Assembly: GCA_032718475.1 (NCBI GenBank)
Contig: JAUCBJ010006880.1
Location: 50,218 to 114,217 of the forward strand
DNA length: 64,000 bases
Origin: Nemertoderma westbladi
Lineage: Eukaryota > Animalia > Xenacoelomorpha
Direction of reading: 5' to 3'
Positions 1 through 13,650 of this stretch are shown here, piece by piece; positions within the stretch are counted from its first letter, which is position 1; the number at the start of each line of letters is the position of its first letter. Made by a program: the position numbers and the translations under genes. Under the pieces are notes generated by a model. That model saw nothing but the letters and a program-made list of their open reading frames with translations. It was not told where the DNA came from and made no database searches.

Positions 1-2845
1 CCACCTGTTACAATGGAAACTCCTACTCAACAACAAGACTACCAACTGCCTCAAAATTTCCCATTGTCACCATTTTTCTTCTCTACTTTAGATACGTGCG
101 ATTTAAATGAGCTGGAATTATTAAATGGAGATGTTAGTCTTGGTGATACACAAATATATAATGACATCCCCCAACCCCAACCTTTTCTTCATTCAGAATC
201 TTTACCAGGTCCAAACGTAGACCAAGCACCTGATGCAAATTCTGGACCTCGGAAACGAAGACGATTTGCCAATCCTGAGGAGTGGGTCAGAGAGAAAAAT
301 AAAAAAGCACGGATGCAGGGTTTGGAATATGAAGGGGTTGTAAAGGGGGAAAAGGCCACTAAGGTTTTAAGATCTGTGGGTGCAGGGTGTAACTCACAAG
401 CATGTGAAAAACAATATGGGTATTATTGTAGAGATATATCACAAGATCAGCGTGCGGCAATTCATAAAAATTTTCTATCTATGAATTGGGACCAACGAAA
501 AGTGTGGGTGGCCACAATGGTAGATAAAAAGATACCAAACAAACAACGAGCCACAGGAAAATCCCATACATTTAAATACAATTTAAAGGTAGATGATAAA
601 CGATTTTCAGTTTGTAAAAAAATGTTCATAGATACTATAGCAATGTCAGGTACAACAATACACAATTGGCTGAACTCATTTGAGAATACTGGCACAGTTC
701 CAGCTCCAGGAAAGTTCCCAACAAAATCTCATAATAATGCGATAGCAAGGCAGCATGTTGTGGAATTCTTAGACAATCTTCCCAAGATGCCATCTCATTA
801 CTGTAGGGCACATACCACTCGATTGTATGTAGAACCTCAGTTTAAAACTAAAAAAGCTTTGTATGATTTATATTGTCAAAATGTCACAGAAAAATATAAC
901 GATGGTAATATTATGAGCTCGACTTCGTTTTTCAATGAAAGTGAAAATTTGAAAATTTCCCTTTTTGCCCCTAAAAAAGACCAATGCGATACGTGTGTGG
1001 CATTCGAACATCAAAATATTAGTAAAGGCGAATATGAGGAACACATGAATCGCCGGAGTAGTTTGAGGGCTGAGAAGGAGGCAGACAAAGAGAGAGGTAT
1101 AGAAGCAAATGGCGATGGACTTATTGTTATAATGGTTGATGTGGAAGCAGTTGTATTGACCCCGTATGTTCAAGCAAGTGATGCCTACTACCGATCAAAG
1201 TTGTCGACGCACAACTACACTGTTTATAATTGTGTAAGTAAAAGTGCAACCTGTTATATTTGGAACGAGACAGAGGGCAATGTAGATGGAGAAGATTACG
1301 GATCCTGTCTGTATGATTACATAGTCCAATTAAATTTGAAACCGAAATCAACGCTAATTATCTGGAGTGATGGTTGTGGAACACAAAATCGATGTGCACC
1401 TCTTGCGAATATCTTACAATATCTTGCATTGAAACTGGATTTAATAATAATTCAAAAATACCTAGAAAAGGGACATACGCAAATGGAGGTGGATACAATT
1501 CATTCAGTAATAGAAAGAGCGAAAAAGCATAGGGATATATACGCCCCATCTAGCTTTGTTGAGTTTGTACGTGGTTGCAGATCTAAACAACCTCTGGTCA
1601 TTAACTATGTTGACCACACTTTCTTCAAGACTTTTAAAGCCATTGCTCTAATTTCTGACATTCGGCCAGGAAAGAAAAAAGGCGATCCAATGGTAGTTAA
1701 CCTTCGTTCACTGAAATACTCTAAAAGTGGGGACACGCCCTTATATAAGTTAAACATAGGAGACCAATGGCAAGTGCTACCAGTTCGAAATCCGATGCAA
1801 GTGACATTACATAAGGAATCGATTCAAGATCTGGAAAATAAAATACTTGCAACATATAATTCCAGACTTTCAATATCCGAGAGAAAATATAATGATCTCC
1901 AGGCTTTGAAGATGGTGATAGACAAAGAATATCATAAATTCTACGATGAAATACCGCATGGGGCCGCTTCTGAATGTGACTGATCTAGACTCCTAAACTA
2001 ACTATTGGGACAATATTGATAATTATTAAATTTGTTTACATCGATAAAAGTAGCTCTGTGATCCGTGCAATAATATTCATTCATATTGGCTAATTATTTG
2101 AATTAATTTTCAAATATTATTTTATTAACCATAATATTTCTTCTTGAATATTACCTTGGGTGATACCAGATACATTAAAGACAGGGATAAATCATGGATG
2201 CTTAAATCATTGTAAATGCCGCCGCTCCCTCACCTCACGATGAGATATGTCCAACTATGCACCCTTTCCACAGCCCCCCTCCCCCAGTGTTGAGGTACGT
2301 CCGACTACACTCCCCCCAAAATACCACCCCATGTCCGACTTCAAACCCTTCCCCCTGACGTTTGTCTGATTATTCTCCCCACCAACCACACCCCCCCCCC
2401 CCCCGCCCACCCTCCTATACGCCATGGAGGTATGTCTAACTACCATCCCCACTATGAGCTATGTCTGACTAACCCCACACACCCCCCCCCCCCCCCCCCA
2501 ACCCGGATAATATCATGTTATCATGAAATATTTTACTATTACATCTACAGGATATCCCATTTTTACCCTAGAAATAAAATAATAAATTTGGATAACCCCA
2601 TATTGTTTCATTGCAAATTCGGATATCTGAAATAAAAGGAATTGCAAAATGGGGTATCCCCTAATTAAACACCTTAATTAACACTAATTGCCATAAATAT
2701 TTGTAATTAGTTACCAGATTCGATGGAAGGAATGAATTTACAGTTATCACCAAATTCTCATTTTCTATATTAGAAAAAAATTGTTTTTTTCGTCTCCTGG
2801 ACATTGCCAAAATCTCGGATATACCATTTTGTTTTTTGACCATCG
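1..2845 (+). mobile_element. Right part of a Sola-like DNA transposon; left end outside the window
   Basis: Transposase followed by GGATAT/GGATAA subterminal motifs (2550-2830). Candidate terminus ...GACCATCG is followed by ATAT (2846-2849), fitting an AWWT target-site duplication (TSD). The end is inferred. Confidence 0.45.
13..1983 (+). CDS. Sola-type (Sola1-like) DDD transposase, uninterrupted 656-aa ORF
   Basis: Motifs SHYCR, PKKDQCDTC, MVDVEAV, YYRSKLSTHNY, WSDGCGTQNR and EKGHTQMEVDTIHSVIER match the Sola DDD catalytic pattern. Confidence 0.75.
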   Translation: METPTQQQDYQLPQNFPLSPFFFSTLDTCDLNELELLNGDVSLGDTQIYNDIPQPQPFLHSESLPGPNVDQAPDANSGPRKRRRFANPEEWVREKNKKARMQGLEYEGVVKGEKATKVLRSVGAGCNSQACEKQYGYYCRDISQDQRAAIHKNFLSMNWDQRKVWVATMVDKKIPNKQRATGKSHTFKYNLKVDDKRFSVCKKMFIDTIAMSGTTIHNWLNSFENTGTVPAPGKFPTKSHNNAIARQHVVEFLDNLPKMPSHYCRAHTTRLYVEPQFKTKKALYDLYCQNVTEKYNDGNIMSSTSFFNESENLKISLFAPKKDQCDTCVAFEHQNISKGEYEEHMNRRSSLRAEKEADKERGIEANGDGLIVIMVDVEAVVLTPYVQASDAYYRSKLSTHNYTVYNCVSKSATCYIWNETEGNVDGEDYGSCLYDYIVQLNLKPKSTLIIWSDGCGTQNRCAPLANILQYLALKLDLIIIQKYLEKGHTQMEVDTIHSVIERAKKHRDIYAPSSFVEFVRGCRSKQPLVINYVDHTFFKTFKAIALISDIRPGKKKGDPMVVNLRSLKYSKSGDTPLYKLNIGDQWQVLPVRNPMQVTLHKESIQDLENKILATYNSRLSISERKYNDLQALKMVIDKEYHKFYDEIPHGAASECD

Positions 2846-3952
2846 ATATGTACCATAGCACATACGCATAAGCACATACCACCACCCTCTGGTAAAATCA
2901 ATGTTTCCTCAACTGATTCACATCTGGAACACAACTTGCCATAAGATTTGCATCTCTGATTATAATTACTTATCATCAATTAGAATATCGTAATAAATAC
3001 GGTTTCGAACATCTGTTTGAGTTATTGATTATATGTATATTATATATATGAATTAATTCAATTTGAATGTAACAGCCATTCTTATCTACATCTACTATGT
3101 TTATGTATGTATTTATGATTTTGTATTAATATTTGTAAATATTTGTATATATTGACTAGGAATAACTGTTTCATGTTATGTAACTATTTCTTGTGAAGTT
3201 AACTTGTGAATAATATGTTGCTCATTAATGGCGGCGTTGTAAAGTTCAAACAATTACGGAGTAAAAACAGTAAGTAACATTGAAGGCTCCTCTAATAATA
3301 TTGTAAATGCAATCAATAAAAAAGCCTGGCAGCAATGATACACATATGCAGTTACATATCCAACTCCATTAGTTAGAACAACATGCATTATGCATAACAT
3401 ACAAATATTCATATCTGATTACATATCATACTTGTAGGATTAAATTGCTTCAGCGAATCAGGTCAAAGTTGGTTATTGTTAAAAATTGTTTATTGTAAAC
3501 AATTTTATTTATAATATTAAAAGTATTTGTTTCATTCAACTCCTCAATTACAATAATGATTGAAGCAGCGATGTTTCGTCACATGTTTATAGTTTAACAC
3601 ATAGTTTATCTTTCAACATGTCAATCAATATTTATGGTGAAGAAAATTCATAATTTGAACGTTATTATTAATAACTATTAATTATTTACAGTCCATTCCA
3701 TCAGTACAACTGTATATAGCATATATGTTTGCTCTTTTATCACGTATAACACGAAATCGCTTTGCGCAAATCTAACAACAACACAATATCCAGGGTAGGA
3801 TTATAACAAAATATATATCCTTTTTTTCTCTCCATTGGGAAATATCGCCCCATGGCGTTTGACGGCTGACTGCCGCTTCCCTATTGCAGTTTTTAAATTG
3901 GTCCATGTGGTCAAATGGGTCAAGCGAATAATGCCTATTGGGGCGTAGTCGC

Positions 3953-4339
3953 TGTGCCGACAGAAGTGCCGACACAGGTGCCGATAGAGGTGCCGACATA
4001 GGTGCCGTGCCGAGACAGGTGCCCACACAGGTGCCGACGTAGGTTGCCGACACAGCTGCCGACACAAGTGCCGACACAGGTGCCGATACAAATGCCGACA
4101 CAGGTGCCGATATAGGTGCCGACACAGGTGCCGATACAAATGCCGACACAGGTGCCGATATAGGTGCCGACACAGGTGCCGACATAGGTGCCAACACAGG
4201 TGCCGACACAGGTGCCGACACAGGTGCCGACATAGGTGCCGACATAGGTGCCGACACAGGTGCCGACACAGGTGCCGACACAGGTGCCGACACAAGTGCC
4301 GACACAGTTGCCGACATAGGTGCCAACATAGTGGCCGAC
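3953..4339. repeat. 12-bp tandem array (AGGTGCCGACAC)n
   Basis: About 30 units seen directly. Confidence 0.95.
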
Positions 4340-5113
4340 TTACGCACTCCAGGTTTCTCTCATTATGTTTATCTCACTAAATGGCTTACCTTGTTGTGAC
4401 GTTATATACTGTCTATTTGTAACTTTCAGAAAAATCAAATTCCAAAAGCTTTATGTGGCAGATTAACCCCGTCGGCACTATGCAAAGGTTTCACACGTCA
4501 AAAAATATTTTATATTTGTACCATACCTGAAGACCCCATGCGATAGGGACACAAATGTTGTATAATATGTTAATATAGAAATTATTCCTTTTCAGCAAAA
4601 TCATTCAGAAGACTTTAAACAAGCGAATACATATGGCACAAGGAGTCTAAACAATTACCCATTTATATTATCATCATGTGTCAGTCTAAACTATATTTAA
4701 AAATTATTATAATTCTACGGTGGTAGTCGAATACCGCAACCATAGGTATACGGGGCTGGGGGTGGGGGGGGGGGGGGGGTGGGGGCTCCCCAGTGCCCCC
4801 GGAACCAATTATTGGGGAGAAATAGTGGAGAGAGAGGGAGCTGTAATAAACAGGAGAATAAATTGAAATTGAAAATTATTTTTTTAAGCAAAAAAATAAC
4901 AATTGGAAATTTGAGACAATAATAATAATTACAATTAGTTTACGTAATTGTACAAGTACTAGTGGAAGTTATACAATATGGGGGGGGGGGGGGGGGGTTA
5001 CAACTTATTATACCGGCGGATAGAATGCGATTGTTTGTTGCCGCTTTTAAATTTTGCTCTTGTAGGTCACCCCTACCCTTTTTGGCGGGTCGGGAGCAAT
5101 GTTCCTGTGTCTG

Positions 5114-5406
5114 CACCTGTGTCGCTTACCTGTGTCGGCACCTATGTCGGCACCTATGTCGGCACCTGTGTCGGCACCTGTGTCGGCACCTGTGTCGGCA
5201 CCTGTGTCGGCACCTATGTCGGTACCTGTGTCGGCACCCGTGTCGGCACCTATGTCGGTACCTATGTCGGCTCCTGTGTCGGCACCTGTGTCGGCAACTG
5301 TGTCGGCACCTATGTCGGCACCTGTGTCGGCAACTGTGTCGGCACCTGTGTCGGCAACTGTGTCGGCACCTGTGTCGGCAATTGTGTCGACACCTGTGTC
5401 GGCACA
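5114..5406. repeat. 12-bp tandem array (GTGTCGGCACCT)n, inverse of 3953-4339
   Basis: About 24 units seen directly. Confidence 0.95.
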
Positions 5407-7310
5407 CCGTCTACGCCCAGCTACTGGCTACACGGGTACAATAATTATTAATAACAGTAGGCCTGCAGCATACAACAACAGTAAACACTGGTGGGAAATT
5501 ATTGTGTAGGCCTATGTCGGTTTATTTCTCCCTAGTACAGTAGTCCGGCAGATATTGCATTATACCTAGCCTAGAAGTACTTAATAAATATTTTTTAAGT
5601 AGATTATATTGTTGTTATCAAAAAATGCGACTGATGTTCAACTGTTATCATTCACCAGTGATCCTTGACCAAACTGTGTTGAAGTTACATTAGCGCCAGA
5701 GACCAGATAGCATTCACATTACCCCTACCAAGGCCGGGAGTATCCTAAGAAGACATTTAAATGGCGACGCGACATACTCCATCTTCATCTGTTCTATACA
5801 CGTTCGTGTGGCCTTCGCGCAGCACGAGGCTTAGTTATGAGATACAGATTAATATTGAGCGATTCTACTGTATCACAAACTCGGTATTTAAGAAATTTAA
5901 CAAAACACCAGTAAATCAAAGAGAGGGGAATAAAGCCCCCCCCCCCCCCCCCCCCACCCTTCAACCTCCCTCTTAATCTGCACCACCCCAACCCAAAAGC
6001 GCACACAGGATTGATGAAAGGCAGGTATAATCAGAAATTTGTGTTTTAAAAGTAATATGTTATATTTTTTTATTTTAATATAACACAAAATAGAACTGGA
6101 AGCGATTCACAAATATACAAACAGCACAAATTTCTAGCAAAAATAATTAAAGATCGCATATTATTTAATTTATTTAACCATCAAAGAAATCAATAAACTC
6201 ATGTTATTGGTAACATGTTAAACTCATAAGTAATATATTAAATATTTTAGGCGTGGAGGCGACCCAATTTGTAAGAAATATTAAAACTTACCTTATGCCG
6301 ATAGTATTGATACTGAAATATTAATTTATCATGTCAACGCCTCAACGAAATTATTTAGCTAATTATTCTAAAGAATCACGATTAAATACTCAGCCAATCA
6401 TTTTGTAAGGTAAACACAATAAGCAAGGTTAAGCTCTCTTATTAGTCTGGCTCATTACATTGCTGCCTAATGAGTAGTGGTGAGCTGGTGGTTGGACTGG
6501 TTCCCAGTTAGGCTAGTCAATAGCAAGCATGCCTTGGAATAAGGGAGCTAGTGTAGAGTGACGGCTGACGGGGTATTTTAATAACTTAATTACGTTTAGA
6601 TCAATTAAAAACACATTTCTTAAAGCAAATCACTTGAACTAATTAAAAACTATAATGGAATGGGGTATGGGGATTACAGCTGTATAATTTTTAAGTATAA
6701 TTATTTATATCTTATACTATAAAATAATTAATTTCCATTAAAAGTCATGTTGAAAATGCTGTTTTTACCCTAACAAACTTAATTAATTTTAATTTAATTA
6801 ATTAACTGCTATTATCTTAGCTTCTCGAAGGCCACACGCAAATTCAACTTGGAAAATTTCTAAACTTTTGCCAGACTACATGTGTACCAAGTTTGGATAG
6901 ATTTCATCGAGATTTGGCTGAGTTATTAACGTTTAAAATTGAACACAACAGAACGACAGAAAACAGACACACGATTGAGTTAGTGGTACCCGTATGCTAA
7001 GCTTGCTTACTTTCGTGGCTCGCCCCACAATACGGCTTCATTTTCTTTGAATGCCAGCCTTTCTCTAGCAGTAGGCCTAGTCTGTAAATATTGAGTTGTT
7101 ACCATCTGTTAATTTCCAACAGTAAATTTATTACTAAAATATATGCAAGCAATCGGATGAATTGTCTTAACCGTTTCCTGGAGACAATTTTTTAATTGAA
7201 ATTATACAAAACCCTTATAGATGCAAACTGGGCATCAGTGGGATTATTGATCACATTTCCTACCAAAATCATCCAAAACATTTACTATATACAGTAGGCC
7301 TTCTCCCATT

Positions 7311-8158
7311 CATAGGCGTACGAGGCTGGGGGGGGGGGGGGGAATCAGAGTTGGGCGATAAATCCGGGAAGGGAGAATTGGGCGATAAAATATAATAAAA
7401 GGAAGAATGAGAGGGATGATAGAGTGAAAAAGAAATCGAAATCTCAACTTAAAAATAGCAATTCAACACAAATTTATGTAATAAAAATGTTGCTACTACT
7501 GTAGTAACCAGATTCATAGTAGTAGTCACTTACACGTACATCGCGCTATAAAAACTTGAGAATTGGGCAATGCTGGTTACTGGCAGCCCATAAAACAGGC
7601 AGCAGCATAATTAATGGCGTTTACCCAAACTGACAGTAATAGAGTAGGCCTACACTCACTACATATTGCATTTATAAAGTACACATACAATAATTGTAAT
7701 TATAAATAGTTCAGGCTGTTTATAGTTCAGACATTTTTAATAATATAATATTCACTTATAATGTTACAGGTATACACTTTTACTTAAAATGTTAAATAAT
7801 CACAGTTTACTACCGGTAGTTTTTTTTTACACAATTGTTATACTGTAATGTTAAACAACGCAGTTTAATTTCCATGTAGGCCTACAGTACACTGTACAGT
7901 TCATCTCTACGTGGGCGTTCTATCTTTTATGGAAGTGTTATGATTCTATTATAATAGTTTAGTCTATCTAGTACTCACTTGTGATTATACTAATTTAATT
8001 ATTACAGTAGGCCTACATAGCCTACAGGTATGCCAAATTTAGTTTGAGGAACCGGGTATTTTGTGGGATGGATGTAGAATGATGTTTGGTTGGGGGGAGG
8101 TGCATTTTGTTGGATGTGGGAATGTTTACAAAAAAATTTTTTTTTTTTGGTGGTAGGT

Positions 8159-8189
<31 letters not shown>

Positions 8190-8288
8190 ACGTGAGGGGT
8201 GGGGGCGAAAATATGAGATATTGTTACAGCCCCCAACGCCCCCCCCCCCCCCCCCCCCCCCAACGAAGATGACTCCCGTACGCCTACG
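7311..8288. mobile_element. hAT-like MITE
   Basis: Terminal inverted repeat (TIR) CATAGGCGTACG / CGTACGCCTACG with G and C runs inside; 8-bp TSD CTCCCATT (7303-7310) / CTCCCATG (8289-8296). A related left end is at 4741. Confidence 0.7.
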
Positions 8289-8865
8289 CTCCCATGCAAG
8301 GTTCAGTGAAAAACGGCATATATCTGCCGGAATATTGTAGCAAAATCCATATTAACTGCTTCCTCTATATAGTCACTGCTAGGCCTACCTAGTGAACGAG
8401 GGTCTGAATGTTGCCATCACGGGTGCCACTTCATCCCATCAAATATTGAACTGCAACCAGTAGTGGTATCAACTCATTTTGTTACATTATGTCAACTTAA
8501 CAGCGTTCTGGTAAATTACTCGTAACGCTGCAACCTGCAAAGTACTATTTTGCAGCGTTGTGGCCTATAGGACGGAACGCTGCAAAGTAATTAATGACAT
8601 GGAAACAACTTAAATTACCGTATTCCAGAATGTATTGTCCATTTGTGTTAATGAGTGCTGTTTTGTTATCCACTTTGCAGGTACGGGACTAGCTACTGCT
8701 ACTGTAAGCCTATGTCTGTATGTAATCCATTATGGCGAAACGTCAAATATAAGACATTTTAGAGAAAATGACCAAAGAAAATGGCGACAGTGTTCAGTAA
8801 AACTTAACGGACACAGACGGTGACTAAGTTTGCTTCAGTCGACATAAGTTGACATAATGTAACAA

Positions 8866-9020
8866 AATTACATACATCATTGCTTGCAAAGGTCACTTTA
8901 CAGCATTAAAGACCCTTGTTTATTTATGTAAACCTCCCTCGCTGCGCTCGCTCGGTACATAAATAAACTCGGGTCGTAACGCTGCAAAGTGCGACTTTGC
9001 AGACAATGATGTAAATAGTT
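8866..9020. repeat. ~155-bp imperfect hairpin, possibly the end of a Crypton-like non-autonomous element
   Basis: Arms ACATCATTG...GCAAAG / CTTTGCAGACAATGATGT around loop CTCGCTGCGCTCGCTCG. Same architecture as 14177-14327. Confidence 0.5.
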
Positions 9021-9098
9021 ATATTGTTATTATGGTTAATTTCCACTGCCCCCCTTATCTGCTGGACGTATTCGGAAGATCGTTATGGAAACCTAATG

Positions 9099-10160
9099 AA
9101 TAGGGTTGGTGCGCGAAAACATTGTTGGGCTAGAGTGGCTAGTCACATACAGCTGTCAAGGTTTTTATAAAAACACGAGCAAACGGTCGAAATGGCGGAT
9201 TTAAGTAAGAGCGGAAAGTTTGAAAATCGGCTGTGATTGGATGCTACATACTGTATTTGACGTCATTACGCAGTGCTCTTATAATTTCTTATATTGTTTT
9301 CAATGGAGGTTGACTTTAGATCCATTAAAATACACATTTAATCTCAATCATTTCACACGCGGCTTATATCAATTGAAAGCAGAGAGTCTTGTGCGTTGCG
9401 TCTTTTGACACCACAATTCATTAAATTCATGGTGATGAACATTTTTTTTGATAAAATGAATCAATTCACAATTATAAACTCGCAGATTGTCTGACCGGTG
9501 GGCAAGGACTCAACCACTCAGCCCTCTCCACCTATTGCATTGCAGTATCGGAGTTTAGGCCTACTGCTGTATTGTTGCTTAATTAAGTTCATTAAATTGA
9601 GTAAACCTACCGCTGTACCTGTACCACTGTTACACTACCGGGTGACCGGTACACATTTCAACTAAATGAACCTAAGCTGCAATACAGCTGCAATACTGTA
9701 CTCTGAACGCCAATAATACAATGCAATAGGTGGATAGGGCTGAATGGTTGAGTCCTTGCATAACACGGTCAGGCAATCTGCGAGTTTATAATTGTGAATT
9801 GATTTATTTAATTATTGTTCATCACCATTAATTTAATTAATTGTCATGTCAAAAGACGCAAAAGACTCTCCGCTTTCAATTGATATAAGCCACGTGTGAA
9901 ATGATTGAGATTAAATGTGTATTTTAATTTTAATGGATCTAAAATCACCCACCATAGAAAACAATATAAGAAATTAGCAGAGCACTGCGTATAATGACGT
10001 CAAATATATAGCCGCCAATCACAGCCGAAATTTTTCAAAATTGGCTTCACGCTCTTACTTAAACCCGCCATTTCGACCGTTCCTCGAGTTTTTTTTACTA
10101 TTCGATTGTTTCTAGCCAAGGTATTCTAGCCCAACAATTTTTTCGCGCTCCATCCCTATT
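9099..10160. mobile_element. ~1.06-kb palindromic MITE/foldback
   Basis: AATAGGGTTGGTGCGCGAAAA ... TTTTCGCGCTCCATCCCTATT; arms stay complementary to a centre at about 9620-9650. Confidence 0.85.
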
Positions 10161-12485
10161 GTAGTGTATAGTCATTGGCTGCTCTGTGATTCCTTGGCTT
10201 TACCTTGTGAGATGATTTCCCCAAGAACAGAAAGGTAGGCCTACTATAGTTCTGCGCTTCGGCTTAACGGTATAATATTATACTGCTTATACTGTACATT
10301 AGTACGGATACTGAAACATTATGTACGGTTCACGTCAATGGAAATTATAGACACACAGGCCTCGTTCGTATAATGTGTTCGTATAGACACACACAGTCAC
10401 AGGCCTCGTATAATGGGTTCGTATAATCTATAATGGGATACACTCTACAACTATTGCTGACGACATATAACCATTTTTTAATTAATGATGGCGATGGTTC
10501 TCTAAATAAACTTTATTACTTGCGAAACATTAATGTTATTGTTAACAATGGCTTGATGATTGTCAAGTTTTGGCACGTGACCTTCTGTATAAGTTCTGAA
10601 CCTGTTGTTTACTTACTGTGTTCTGTATTGAACGCATACATTAAATATTTTGCTATATTTATTTAATTACTCCCAACCATGTTAGTTAATTTTTAGTGAC
10701 TTTTCAAGCAATTCGTTCAATTATTCTTAGGTTTTAGCGATTTTATTATCAAAAATAGTATGTTTCAATGGCAATAATATGTTTAGTATGTTTTTGACTT
10801 AGTCACTGAATCAAATAATTATTTGAATATACCCACATAATATAGTTCAGTACCTAATTGCCGTAATTACCCTAATTACAGTACCGTAATTATTTCGCTT
10901 TATTAACTTGAAAACAATTAACACGTCGAGATTATCCGTAGGCCATTTTTATTTATAATTATTTATTTAGTATCATAAAATAATAATATATTCCATTTAT
11001 ATATAGTTTAGTTTATAACAACTACCGGTAAAATAATAATTCTGGAAAATTATTTTCAATGATACTAAATATATGAATCGATTAAAATGTGAACAAAAAG
11101 GACGTAGAAAAATCTCGGCAAATGAATATCTCGTCTCAGTGTTAAATTATCAGTTAAAGTAAAGAAGCAGGTTCGAGTGGCACGTTATTCTAACCAAAAC
11201 AATAAACTAAAGTCAATAGAACATGGTACAGTTTCTGGGAGTAATCCGCTGTTATTTCGCCACTATTTTCCCCTGGAGAGGTATTCCTTGAGAGAATTGC
11301 TTCAAAAACTATCTAAATAAAATCACAAGCAGAAACACTCCTTCACGTACGATGTTGATTTGATATTATTTTACACTCATTCTCGCATCCACACATCGGC
11401 CACACCTTGGCCGCCTCTGCAACACACCTAGAAGATTGGCGCAATTTAACCCCAATATAACCAGCCCCTTTAATGTGGCTTCGAAGGCCCTATTAACTCG
11501 AACTGTTTTTGCCAGTTATATATGCAAAGTCTACTATAAATGGCCTACTAACTGTGTGTCAATATACTCTTTGACCTTTACACTGTCGTGTGTTTACCGG
11601 TACAATCAATATCTTCACTTCATGTTAAGTTTCAGTAGTTATGTTGTTGTTGTATTATCGTATTATGTATTATATATATAATAACCTGTGCAATTAAAAT
11701 AGTAACTCTATTTTACATATCGTGTGTTTGAATGGGATGTGGGAATGGGTGGAGATTATGGCAAGTTATTTGCAAAGTATTTAACAATAATTATTACTGT
11801 AGGAACTACAGTATGAGTACAAAGGGGGGGCAGGGCAATTCGGACCCATACCAAAAATATGATATATTTTGTAAATGTTTTGAAAATGTGAACATGTTAG
11901 ACACTAGAACGTTTTATAAATAGTTGAAAAATAATAGTTTTTGCTATTTTTTTTAATTATTCCGATTATTAAAGTATTAGTTCTCGAAGCAGGGCCTTAT
12001 CGCCCCTGGAACTTTATCGCCCCTATAAATTGCATTTATGTTGGGAACTTATTGCCCATCTGTTCTGAGTTTTTAGGAACGAATCGCCCCTGGGTCTTTA
12101 TCGGACCCGAATCTGGTCCTTTATCGATTATCGATTCCTTCCTTTATCGATTCGATAATCTCTAATTATGGTAGGCCTATAGGTCCGAATTGTCTGGGAC
12201 CCAATTGTCATCCGAATAAAGTTATATTTATTGACAGTAGCCATCATCAGGGATAATTAAACACAAAAGTACAAAAGTAATATTTATCTCAAAAAATATT
12301 TAAGCCAATATTGTTAATATAAATTTATTTATCATACATAACTAATATTTTTTTAATAGTACTTATAATATATCTTTATAATAATTTCGTTTAATCTTCA
12401 ATCAGCTTTTTTTATATTTTGTCTTTACTTTAGGTTTTATTCAGTAGAATATATACGGATTATATTAACTCTAATAACATTAAAA

Positions 12486-13274
12486 ATGGATAAAGATAAC
12501 AAGGTTACTCCTTTTTCTGACAAAGAAAAAGACGAAATTAAATTAATTGGAGTTGAAGGTTTTCAGCCAACCAACGGTAAGGTACCTGAAAGAAGTGTAA
12601 CAACAGCTGCAGAAGAAGGCTCACAGAGTCCTCGAAAAGGAATTAAACAAAAGTCTAAGGGAAATTTTAATAAATTGATAGTTAGCCAGATGAGCGGAGT
12701 TTACGCGATGCTGATTGGCTGTATATCTTGCGTTGGTATTTTAATGTACGCAATGGATGAGAGCCTGGGCTACACAATGGCAATTCTATTCATAATTCTC
12801 AATGGAATATCTGTAAGCGCGCTGATGTATCTGTTGTTTTTGTGTTTCATCGACCACCGAGAAAGAATCAGTCCACACGATCCCCATTCCGGGAGCTGCT
12901 ATCTGAAGGTTGCATCTGTCCTCTTTGCTTTCGGGGCGCTCGCCCATTACGTTACTAAGATCGTGTATTTCGCTAACAGAACCGAAATCTGTCGTTGGAA
13001 AATCTTTGAAGCTTGGTACCTAATGTCAGCCGTTGTCGTGGTCTTGGAAACAGTACTCATCGTTTTTTACTCTAATATACGTATCCAACGAGACTTCGCG
13101 TTCGCTAAATTTGCACTGAGTCACTCGGCTATCGTGAGTTTGATTGGTTGGTTTTCCATGGTAGCGAGCGAAGCTCAGGAGGGTGTCACACACGCGACTT
13201 TCCACGAGTTACACAGTAATAAGACGTCGAGTAGTGAACATTTTAATATAAGTAACAGCGAAATGTCTAAAATG
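12486..13274 (+). CDS. Otopetrin-family proton channel, coding exon 1 (263 codons)
   Basis: Multiple TM segments and HSGSCYLKVASVLFAFG (otopetrin HxGSxxLxxxxxxFxxG). Donor GTAAGT at 13275, phase 0. An upstream acceptor TTTAG ending at 12433 implies a 5' UTR intron. Confidence 0.85.
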
Positions 13275-13361
13275 GTAAGTTGTACTGCACAATAGTCAGT
13301 ACATAATTACATATACAGACAGGCATACTGTACTACAGGGCGAGCCACGACGTCCGTGGGC

Positions 13362-13650
13362 TTTTCTAACCAAAACAATAAACCGTGTTGTTACCAACTG
13401 AGGGAAAGAAGCAGGTTAGAGAGGTGATATTTTCTAACCAAAACAATAAACGATGTTGTTAACCATTGAGGTGAAGGAGCCGGTTAAAGAGGTGAGCTTT
13501 TCTAACCAAAACAATAAACGATGTTGTTAACAATTGAGGTAAAGGAGCAGGTTACAGAAGTGAGATTTTTAACCAAAACAATAAACAAATTTCTATACCA
13601 ATTGAGAGAAAGAGGAGGTGACAGAGATGAGCTTTTATAACCAACAAAAT
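13362..13650. repeat. 68-bp tandem repeat, about 4.5 units
   Basis: TTTTCTAACCAAAACAATAAAC (later copies degenerate) recurs at 13362, 13430, 13498, ~13566 and ~13633. A dispersed copy is at about 11155-11207. Confidence 0.85.

Larger units (their letters stand above)
3941..5418. mobile_element. Foldback-like non-autonomous element with inverted arms built from 12-bp repeats
   Basis: Left end GGGCGTAGTCGCTGTGCCGACA vs reverse complement of right end GGGCGTAGACGGTGTGCCGACA. No clear TSD. Confidence 0.65.

Noticed and set aside
3772-5509. ORFs with (CRHL)n, (SAPV)n and (CVGT)n repeats resembling Cys-rich proteins
   Set aside because: By-products of a stop-free 12-bp repeat read in several frames on both strands.
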